From Acidimicrobiia bacterium (GTDB lineage: Bacteria > Actinomycetota > Acidimicrobiia > Acidimicrobiales > Bin134): a DNA stretch of 64,000 bases. The position numbers and the translations under genes were made by a program. The stretch lies in contig JAJEGM010000020.1 in assembly GCA_022819825.1 (NCBI GenBank), positions 6,053-70,052 on the forward strand. The letters run 5' to 3'. A model generated the notes under the pieces. It was not told the DNA's origin. It made no database searches and saw nothing but the letters and a program-made list of their open reading frames with translations. Positions 8,972-17,165 of this stretch are shown here, piece after piece (the first letter of the stretch is position 1; every line of letters begins with the position of its first letter).

Positions 8972-9353
8972 AGGCTCTCATTCTGGATTCTGGTGCAGTC
9001 ACCGGCCTGTCCCGCCGAAACAGGCAAAAACCGCCAACATCCGCATCGACGAAAGCCCAGACACGTGGTCAGCCGTCGTGCCCTCCCTCGTGCTCGTGGA
9101 ATGCCTATCAGGTAGACAGCACAACGACGCTGTGGTCAACCGATTCTTGAAAAGCTGCACGGTGGTTGATGGGCCTCACGAGAAGCTGGCTCGACGTGCC
9201 GGCACCTTGAGGGCGATGGCGGGCCGCGGGTCAGCCGTGGACGCGGTGATAGTTGCCATGGCCGAACCCGGTGGCGCGGTTCTCACCGGAGATATCAACG
9301 ACATCGCAGCCTTAGCCGCCTATGCCCGAAACGTCAGCGTCTTCGGCATATAG
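8968..9353 (+). pseudogene. PIN-domain toxin, frameshifted near 9026-9030
   Basis: MKALILDSGAV... in one frame continues in the -1 frame as ...VVPSLVLVEC...SAVDAVIVA...LTGDINDI. Confidence 0.75.
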
Positions 9354-9411
9354 CCGCTAAACCACAACCAAGCGACCGCCGCCGTCTAAGTCGGGAGCAC
9401 CTTACATGTGG

Positions 9412-12171
9412 TCACAAGAGACTGTCTTGCACAGGGGCCGCAGAAGCAGCGGCCGTCGCATCGGCCCCGGATCGGAGGCTGGGCCAGGCGGTGATGAGGC
9501 CGTTGTAGGCTCCGGCCTCGGCCGCCCATCCCTTGTCGTTGGCCTTCTGGTAGAGCAGGTAGGCCAGTTGGCGGGCCCGTTCGCCGTAGCCGCCCAGGGT
9601 GTGCAATAGCTCAGCCGCCTCTGATTCCGACCGCTCCAAAGCGGCGATCAGATGCTGCACCGACTCCCACACCGTGCGCCGAAGATCGTCGACGGGCGAA
9701 TAGCCCGGCGGAAGCTCCGAGCGCTCATAGAGCCGGAACTTCCCCGCCCGAGCTTCGCCGATGCCCGACTCCTCGATGCCCGCCAGCGACGTGTTCTTAG
9801 CATTAGCCACGCTGTCGGCGTCCCCGGCAGGCCCGGGGTTGAAGCCGAACTCGGAGAACCAGGTGAGAGCGAAGCGGGTATCAGAATCCAACTCGGCCTC
9901 ATCCCCATCGAGCACCTCCCCCAGCACATCGTTGATGATCGCCAGCGCCGCCGACACCGGCATCGACGACCCATCCGCCTCCACCACCTTGGCATACCGC
10001 GAAAACACCTTGATCCCCGGCCCGATGGTTGACTGCGCCATGTCGACAGGGGCGATATTGCCCGACTGGAGAACCCGCACCGCTTCCGGCAACTCGGCAC
10101 GGAGCGCTGCGATGAGCTCACCACGAGTAGCCAAGGATGCTGACGCGGCACGAGGACGGCAAGCGAGAACAATCGAAGACGCGAGGGCATTGGCCTTTGA
10201 AGCAAGCAAGCGATTGCCCAATTCCGTCCGCATCGGCCAGGTGGCCGTGATCTGCAACCCCGCATCCAGCACAGCCTGAAGGAAAGTATCCCAGCCTGTA
10301 GTCCTGATCTCGCCCTCTTTGGTCTCAGTGGCCTTGTAGGCGTAGTAGATGGTCGATGGCGCTTGAGCATCCTGAGACTCGGCTACTTTCCCCATGAACT
10401 CGGCCATCCCCGACTCGAAGTGCTCCTGTGCCTGCTCCTTTGACCCGGCCCGATAGCGATTGGCCACCAACTCCTCGGCCTTCGGCGTCAACAGCGTGGA
10501 GCACTCATCGGGCCAAACCCCTGAGAGGTTTCTGCGTAGCCACACGTAGAAGAAGTCAGACAAATCCGCGTACGAGATGTTGTCGTAGTAGGGCGGATCA
10601 GTGGACACAACCGACCCGGCACACTCCCGCACACGAGCCCGAGCATCTCGCTGAGCAACCTCGCCAATGCCGATTGCGGGAAGTCGCTCCAACGCGCGCG
10701 CAAGACTCCCAAGGGAAGTCCGGAAGTCGCCTCCGGCGTCATTGAATACATTGTTCTCCGCGAAGTCCCAGGTCATTGCGATGGCTTGACGGCTGAACAG
10801 ATTTCGTACCTGCGTTCTAGACGATTCCCACCGGCAGAAGGCATTGCACATGTCGGCAAGCCTGCTTATTCCCAATGCCAGGTAGGTGACCACCGCCTCT
10901 GCATACGCTGATGCTCCTTTCCCTCTGTCGCACAGCCGATCATCAGCGGCCATGCCAGAGGCGAGAGCATCCACCGCCACCCGTTTCCGAGCCTCGGGGA
11001 GAAGGTCGGAGTACGTAGTCAGGGCTACAAGCTGTCTCGGCGTAAACAACTTCCACCACTCATCGAGCCCGTAAATGGTGATCCAAATGTTCCGGGGATC
11101 AAGCGCTACACCAGCGCTCGGCTCGTGAATCGGGGTTTCAATCTCCGCAGCAGAAACGTCATCTCCGGCAATAGAGCAATATTTCCTGCCGTCAGCGCCC
11201 TCGGCCACAACGGCCATCATCTGCTGGCCCATGCGACCGGCCCGGCTCTCGGATTTGATGTAGTCCCCGGAGATGGCCGCTCCGGTGGCGATGCAGGTGC
11301 CATTGCCCTTGTTCACGGTCCGCTCATGCGTCGGCTCGCCGCCTTCGCGGATTTCGTAGCTGATGGTCTGCGCTTGGCAGTCGATGATCGGCTCAATCCA
11401 GACCTTGGGCTTGCCTGGCCGCTTCGCTAGCGTCCACGACGCCACCAGCGGCACATGTCCCGACCAACTCGGATCAGGCGACTCCACCGTCCTTGCCCAT
11501 ATCCAGGCAATCGGTGTCAACTTCTCCCCGTTCGGACCAGTCGCATCCGGGTACAGGTGCCCAATCCGCCGCTCAGCCTCGTCGCGCATCCACCGCCCAT
11601 AAGCCTCCACGTCCGCAGCCAACCCCTGCGCCCGCTCCCAAGTGCTGAGCGACTTGTCGATATCCGGATGTACCGGCGGCATCCCAGCAAAGCGGGGCGG
11701 TATCTCGATCATCGCCTTGTTGATCAGCACCGCCACCGGATTCAAGTCGCCCGCCAACGCCTTCAACCCCAGCCGCTGCGCCTCCAGCGGAATCGCCCCA
11801 CCCCCCGCAAACGGATCGAGTATCGGCGGCGCCCCGTCAGGAAAGCAGCGGTCGATCTCCGCCCGCGCCTCGGCTAACACCTCAGGATTATTGGAGTTCT
11901 CCCACTTCACCAGCCGCTCCAAGACGCCAAACAGCCGCTGCCGCTCCGCCTCCTGCTCCTCTGGCGTCAGCGACTCATCCCCCGATGGATCATCCACCAA
12001 CGACGCCCAAATCACCGCCCGAGCCGCCGCCAACGGCCGCCGAGCCCACCACAAATGCAACGTAGAAGGATGCCCATGCCGAATCGACTTCTCCCGCGCC
12101 GCCTCCGCATTGATCGCCGCCAAAGGCAACGCCACCTCAATCAGCTTCGGCCTGTATCCCCCATCACTCAC
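9412..12171 (-). CDS. DUF1156-type amino (probably N6-adenine) DNA methyltransferase
   Basis: LHLWWARRPL; SAM motif DPFAGGGAIP; catalytic TDPPYY; TAGCGT -10 8 nt before GTG. Confidence 0.9.
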   Translation of the reverse strand: MSDGGYRPKLIEVALPLAAINAEAAREKSIRHGHPSTLHLWWARRPLAAARAVIWASLVDDPSGDESLTPEEQEAERQRLFGVLERLVKWENSNNPEVLAEARAEIDRCFPDGAPPILDPFAGGGAIPLEAQRLGLKALAGDLNPVAVLINKAMIEIPPRFAGMPPVHPDIDKSLSTWERAQGLAADVEAYGRWMRDEAERRIGHLYPDATGPNGEKLTPIAWIWARTVESPDPSWSGHVPLVASWTLAKRPGKPKVWIEPIIDCQAQTISYEIREGGEPTHERTVNKGNGTCIATGAAISGDYIKSESRAGRMGQQMMAVVAEGADGRKYCSIAGDDVSAAEIETPIHEPSAGVALDPRNIWITIYGLDEWWKLFTPRQLVALTTYSDLLPEARKRVAVDALASGMAADDRLCDRGKGASAYAEAVVTYLALGISRLADMCNAFCRWESSRTQVRNLFSRQAIAMTWDFAENNVFNDAGGDFRTSLGSLARALERLPAIGIGEVAQRDARARVRECAGSVVSTDPPYYDNISYADLSDFFYVWLRRNLSGVWPDECSTLLTPKAEELVANRYRAGSKEQAQEHFESGMAEFMGKVAESQDAQAPSTIYYAYKATETKEGEIRTTGWDTFLQAVLDAGLQITATWPMRTELGNRLLASKANALASSIVLACRPRAASASLATRGELIAALRAELPEAVRVLQSGNIAPVDMAQSTIGPGIKVFSRYAKVVEADGSSMPVSAALAIINDVLGEVLDGDEAELDSDTRFALTWFSEFGFNPGPAGDADSVANAKNTSLAGIEESGIGEARAGKFRLYERSELPPGYSPVDDLRRTVWESVQHLIAALERSESEAAELLHTLGGYGERARQLAYLLYQKANDKGWAAEAGAYNGLITAWPSLRSGADATAAASAAPVQDSLL

Positions 12172-12265
12172 AGCGAGCCACGCTAGTTCGTGCCCAGCGC
12201 GCTGACCCCGGCAGTAACCGTACTTGGTGAGTCAGCGGTAGAAGGGTGCAGCACTCCCCGGAGGC

Positions 12266-13717
12266 TCACATGAACATGCGATAGGGGTAGACGCTTCGAG
12301 GAAGGTCAGGCACATTTGCGATGATCCGGGCGAGGCGCTGCGAATAGCGAATCGTGACTGGGATTGGGTCGTACAACGCGTCGTTGTTCCAATCCATCTT
12401 CGTGAGAGCTAGGAGTTCGGACGCGATAACTTCAAGGGGTCCGCGACCCATCTGCCTGGTGAAGATCAAGGGAGATGGAATGCTCTTGCCTCCCTGGAAG
12501 AAGCTACCCCCTCGTTGCGCTACGGAGGGGGCATTTCCCGCTATCCAGAGCAGTGCTGAAGTCCCCGAAAGGGGGACCATCGTCCCGCGATGCACAGGAT
12601 ACCCATCAGGTTGGCTCTTGCTTCCTTGACTCCGCGGTGCCTGAAGCCAAACTCCCCGCCACTTCACATCCGTGGTTACCTTCACACATTCGACTTCTTT
12701 CACGGCGGCCAGTGCGTCGGAAACGCCTGCAAGCTCTTGTTCCTTGAAGTCCGTCGTCTTGTGTACTGCCACTCGCTGCGGTACCTGACCACCGTTACGG
12801 CGTCTATAGAGGTCTAGGCTTCTTGCCAAGACAGCACGCATGTCCGATCGGCTGAGATATGGATTCCGTCGAGCGTCCTCGGAATTGTCGAGAGGGTCGC
12901 GGGCGTCGTATGCCACGAACTGCATGCCACCGCCGTCCGCATCGAAGAGCTGGGAGCAGCAGGTTATGAATCTGGCTTCCTGTGGGTTGCCTCGGAGGGC
13001 ATAGGCAAGTCCTATGTATGCACTCTCGGAGGGAATCCCTGAAAGTGGAGCTAATCGCCACGGCGTCCCTCCGGCCTTGACATAGATGGCGATAGCCAGC
13101 CGCCATGAAAGAGATGCCACATAGCGAAAGTCAAACGTGCGATCGTTGATGACTTGCGTAGGCATCGACAACTCAGCGCCTATCGACTTCAACTCGTCGT
13201 GGGCGTCAAAGCCTTCCCCATGGAGCCCGGGCCCCCAGCCATCAGGCAGGTGGACGACCGCAACATCGAACTGGTCGCGAACTCCTGCTAATTGCCGCAG
13301 CCGCTCTGAGATTGTTCGTCGGACTCGCTCATGCGGGGCTCCGTCTCCTAGTTCATCTAAACGAGAAGGCCAGTCCAGCCGCGTGCATTCTGGGCCCGGC
13401 ACAAGAGGGACGCCAAAGAGCGACTCAAATCCAGGAAACTGAGGGACGTAATCGCGACGATCCGAGGGCGGCAGAGTCTGCCTAAGATTGCCGAGCACCT
13501 TTCTGCGCCCCTCTCTACCTGACTCGGGGCCCACAATGGCGACCCGCACCGAGTCGGAATAAGTGGCCAGAGAGTTCTTGCTATATGGCCCGTACGTCGC
13601 CAGACCCCTGAGAGGGTGGGTGTCGACTTCAGATGGATCCGCCGACGAAAACGATAGGAACGGCTCTTCCAGTGGGGTATAGGGGGCCAGCAGTCCTGGG
13701 CGGGCTGTTGCGCTCAT
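12266..13717 (-). CDS. Short prokaryotic Argonaute (MID-PIWI*, catalytically inactive)
   Basis: HK-type MID (HDELK, PTQVI, YVKAGG); YIGLAY in place of the first catalytic Asp; VAVHKTTDF, LTKMDWN, PVTIRYS; C-terminal YRMFM; ATGA overlap with SIR2-APAZ. Confidence 0.92.
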   Translation of the reverse strand: MSATARPGLLAPYTPLEEPFLSFSSADPSEVDTHPLRGLATYGPYSKNSLATYSDSVRVAIVGPESGREGRRKVLGNLRQTLPPSDRRDYVPQFPGFESLFGVPLVPGPECTRLDWPSRLDELGDGAPHERVRRTISERLRQLAGVRDQFDVAVVHLPDGWGPGLHGEGFDAHDELKSIGAELSMPTQVINDRTFDFRYVASLSWRLAIAIYVKAGGTPWRLAPLSGIPSESAYIGLAYALRGNPQEARFITCCSQLFDADGGGMQFVAYDARDPLDNSEDARRNPYLSRSDMRAVLARSLDLYRRRNGGQVPQRVAVHKTTDFKEQELAGVSDALAAVKEVECVKVTTDVKWRGVWLQAPRSQGSKSQPDGYPVHRGTMVPLSGTSALLWIAGNAPSVAQRGGSFFQGGKSIPSPLIFTRQMGRGPLEVIASELLALTKMDWNNDALYDPIPVTIRYSQRLARIIANVPDLPRSVYPYRMFM

Positions 13718-15573
13718 TCTCGGCTCCTTGCCGATGCCTGAGCCGGGCTGCTCCAAGCCGTTGTCCAAGAGAGGCGAAAAGTCCCGTTGAAGCCTTCGCA
13801 TTCGAAATAGTGGGTCAACAGCTCAGTTTCAGATTCGGGAGCGACGAATTCCGCCCAAGCAGCGATAATTCTGTTCCACGTTGGGTTGTAGCGTTGCGCC
13901 CATCGCTCTCGCCGCCAGTCGGTCGCAATGATCTTTGGGCTTGTTCCTGGATCGGTCGAGCTTGGGGATCTAGCCAGATCGTTCGAAGACGACTCAACGT
14001 CTTCAATCCGAGGAAGATCAATCCATGTATAGGGCTCGTAGACAAACCACCAACGACTATCCCATTGTTCGAGCCGCACGCGGATAGCTTCAGAAAAGGG
14101 TTGATTGATCTCTGGTGCGACACCTACCAGTGCTGATCCATACGCCTGCTGCAAGCCGTCCAATTGCTCTTCATGGCGTTGCACAACGTGATCGGCTTGC
14201 CTGTCCGTTGGCGGCTGAACGACAACCGCGTGCCCTCGACCCCGCAAGACCGGCCGCAATGGTCTGCGTCGCGCAATTGCTTTTGTAAACGCATCGTAGA
14301 TGAGGCCACGGTCGATCGAGTCTTGCGCGGGGTTGAGAGGCACTCTTCCGCCCAGTTCGCCTCCAACAGATGCGAATGCCTGTTCGAGGTCCCGGTCCGC
14401 CCCGAAAGCAACCAGCGTCCTCCCACGTGACGCCACAGTCGCCCACACTTCAGCTTCTTTGACGAGTTTTCGAGCTTCTCTGGTCGAGAGAGACCCGCTC
14501 AAGACGATTTCTCTGGCTTCGCGTGGTAGCTCAAGCACCTCGAGCGCTGAGCATCGCAGAGCTGGGAAGGTTGCAGCTCTGACCCTTGGAAGAGTTACTG
14601 GCTGGATGATGGGACGTGGTTGCACCTCGCGTATGTGCTCAAGAAGAGGGACCTCCATAGACACTTGCCGCTCTATGTCACCAGCAAGCTCATCAAAGTT
14701 CTCAGAATCGACAATGCGGACCTCGATGCCCGATTCCCCTGCCCGTTGCAGCAACTCTTGGACCCTCGGGAGGAGTTGCTCATTTGGTCGAGACACCCAC
14801 CAAAGGCCAGAGGGCATGGCTCCCTCGATGGCCACAACCTCATCTAGGGCATCCATGACCGAATCGTCACGACCGCTATAGCCAGCAACGACGAGTCCGA
14901 ATCGAGTAAGGGCCTGGACGAACACCCTCCTCAGCCGTTCGTCCTGAACCTGGAGTTCTTGAGCAGTGTTCTTCAGGTGCTCAGATTGATAGTCGCCATG
15001 CAACTTCACCAGCAGGGGCCAATCATCCTCACTGATGCACCGCTCCCCTCGTTCGATTGAGTCCAGCGCACTCACGGTTAGATGTGATCGCTTCTCCGGC
15101 GGAAGCAGATCATCAGTGATGACAGTGGCCCGCTTGATGAGGTCGTCAAAGTTCGTGGTGAATAGGCAGTGGATCTGGCCGCTCGAGATCAGACCAGCCA
15201 GGACACGGTGACCGAAGGATGGAATTCCTTTCGTCACAGCATTGTCGATGTACGAACGACGGTCGCGGGCATCCGGATACGCAGCATCAAATGCCACCGC
15301 ATATTCGCCTGGGTCACCTTGCGGCGGGAAACCGCGCGCACCGTCGAAGTGAGACAAGACGCGCTGCTCCCAAATCGGATCGCTTATGTCCACCTCTTGG
15401 CGAGAGAGGTTCATATGGTCACAAAACAGGCGAGTCTTGAAATCGGCGATCATGTCCACGCCTGTCGGTACGCCCGCAGATGCCGATGTGCCAGCACCAA
15501 GCAGCCAGGCAAGTTGGCCGGTTCTCTGGCCAAATGAGCGAGCAAAGGCATCGGATGTGACGCGGTCAACCAT
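13714..15573 (-). CDS. SIR2-APAZ NADase partner of the short pAgo (SPARSA-type)
   Basis: LLGAGTS, TTNFD, KLHGD and GYSGRD SIR2 motifs; C-terminal APAZ-like region (DWRRERWAQRYN...W); GGAG RBS before ATG 15573. Confidence 0.9.
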   Translation of the reverse strand: MVDRVTSDAFARSFGQRTGQLAWLLGAGTSASAGVPTGVDMIADFKTRLFCDHMNLSRQEVDISDPIWEQRVLSHFDGARGFPPQGDPGEYAVAFDAAYPDARDRRSYIDNAVTKGIPSFGHRVLAGLISSGQIHCLFTTNFDDLIKRATVITDDLLPPEKRSHLTVSALDSIERGERCISEDDWPLLVKLHGDYQSEHLKNTAQELQVQDERLRRVFVQALTRFGLVVAGYSGRDDSVMDALDEVVAIEGAMPSGLWWVSRPNEQLLPRVQELLQRAGESGIEVRIVDSENFDELAGDIERQVSMEVPLLEHIREVQPRPIIQPVTLPRVRAATFPALRCSALEVLELPREAREIVLSGSLSTREARKLVKEAEVWATVASRGRTLVAFGADRDLEQAFASVGGELGGRVPLNPAQDSIDRGLIYDAFTKAIARRRPLRPVLRGRGHAVVVQPPTDRQADHVVQRHEEQLDGLQQAYGSALVGVAPEINQPFSEAIRVRLEQWDSRWWFVYEPYTWIDLPRIEDVESSSNDLARSPSSTDPGTSPKIIATDWRRERWAQRYNPTWNRIIAAWAEFVAPESETELLTHYFECEGFNGTFRLSWTTAWSSPAQASARSRE

Positions 15574-15932
15574 GATCGACTCCAGGCACAGACGCGGATA
15601 CCCGACACTCAATACGCGGCGATGTGTTGGCATCCAGCCTGCACGAACTCATGAGGGATGCTCCATGACCGTCTGGATGAAGTCGAGAAGTGCTCATGAG
15701 CTGGACACCGTCCTGTAATTACGGTGGCGTACTTTGGGGTGCCCACCATACCCGGTCGGCGACGACAGAACCACCGGTTTCAGCAGAACCCCTGCTGTGG
15801 CCCTACATGGGGCGAACCTTGTTGGCGAGCACGAGGGCGCAGTCGTGCTCTGCGAGCTTTTGGTGCAACGCCGACAGATTATTGAGGGATCGCCGCTTGG
15901 GATCAACGGAGTCGAGAGCGAACCCCCGAGGC

Positions 15933-16334
15933 TCAGAGAGGGCGGCGTTGGATGCCGTTAGCGTGGACTGCGTAGAAGAAGGGTCCTGGTTGGGCGCATG
16001 CCCTTGTGATTGCGTCGAGATTGACAATAAAGCGCCGAGCCATCTCGGTTGACGGCAGGTTTTGGCGGGTTATGCAGAAGCAGCGAGTGCCGTATCGCCT
16101 GATGGCCCAACCCTCTCGGGTTCGGATGCGCCCGTCTTTGGTGAATGCCACCCAATCGCGGTTGGCCGCAAGTGATAGCCAATCCTCGTCTGCTACATCT
16201 TCGTCTTGTGGGATTCCGTAGTGCTCGGCAAGTGTGACCACCCTGAGACCTTGGGCGCGCAGAAGGTCGGGAACCTGTCGGCGTCCCAGGCTGCGGTCTA
16301 AGAAGATGTCAGGCAGCCCGGCAGGATGTGACAC
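15933..16334 (-). CDS. VapC45-like PIN toxin
   Basis: FLDRSLG, D.ADEDWL and FTKD.RIR motifs; downstream of a DUF433 gene. Confidence 0.85.
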   Translation of the reverse strand: MSHPAGLPDIFLDRSLGRRQVPDLLRAQGLRVVTLAEHYGIPQDEDVADEDWLSLAANRDWVAFTKDGRIRTREGWAIRRYGTRCFCITRQNLPSTEMARRFIVNLDAITRACAQPGPFFYAVHANGIQRRPL

Positions 16335-17028
16335 GCAGAACGTCCAGCAGGTGGTCAACGGGCACACCGAATTCGAGGCTCACACCTTCGAGCGATTCGC
16401 CGGCTTGGAAGAGAGCCAATGCATCCTCGACCCGGGCAGCGCCACAGCTGAAGATCGGGGCCCCAGAGGATCGACGCGGGTCCGCCACCACTGCCCCGTG
16501 CAAGTACGGCGGCACTCGAATGAGCTCAGCGAATCCGTCGGTGCCATAGTCGATGCGATCCAAATACGACGAGATCACTTGATCGAAGACACGCTGGCCG
16601 CTGCGGACTACCACCAACTCCATTGCCGCGTGTCCCTCTTCGGAGTCGCCGCGCCGGTGGCCGTAGTCGTAGAGGATCTCGGCTCCGTCGGTATAGAGCC
16701 TCTGAGACGCCAGGGCATGATCGACGCCGATCTCTTTGATCAGCACCTCCAGCGCAGGGCGAACACGTTGGAGGGGCACTCCCCGCCGCCGGACCGCAGC
16801 AACCACCAGCGCCTCCGCCGCGCCGATGAAGGGAATGGACGGCCAGCCCCTCCCTTGGGGTTCGATCCACGTCACTATCGGCTTGCCGATGATGTTGGGC
16901 TTGCCCGTCCTCCGTCGCTGGTACCCCTTGGCCCAAGCGGTCATGGTGGAGACAGGAACATCAACGATCCGCGCTGCCTCGGCAACCGTGTACAGCGGGT
17001 TTTGCATCAGATCCACGTCTAGGAGCAC
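16309..17028 (-). CDS. HTH + DUF433 antitoxin (VapB45-like)
   Basis: LYTVAEAARIV HTH; C-terminal DPRRSSGAPIF...F.AGES...EFG; AGGAGG RBS before GTG 17028. Confidence 0.85.
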   Translation of the reverse strand: MLLDVDLMQNPLYTVAEAARIVDVPVSTMTAWAKGYQRRRTGKPNIIGKPIVTWIEPQGRGWPSIPFIGAAEALVVAAVRRRGVPLQRVRPALEVLIKEIGVDHALASQRLYTDGAEILYDYGHRRGDSEEGHAAMELVVVRSGQRVFDQVISSYLDRIDYGTDGFAELIRVPPYLHGAVVADPRRSSGAPIFSCGAARVEDALALFQAGESLEGVSLEFGVPVDHLLDVLRVTSCRAA

Positions 17029-17165
17029 CAATCCTCCTCTCCTGATAAGCGTACCAGCACCGATTCGCTGTGAAGTGAGTGCCTGCATCCATGGGAGTCG
17101 AAGCTCACTTAGGATGTGCCGGGTCTTTCCTTTCTGAGCACCCCCAGGCGCTGGCGAGCTGCTGC

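Noticed and set aside
9020-9035. Programmed -1 ribosomal frameshift in the PIN gene
   Set aside because: In-frame codons CAA AAA CCG do not form a canonical X XXY YYZ heptamer; an indel is simpler
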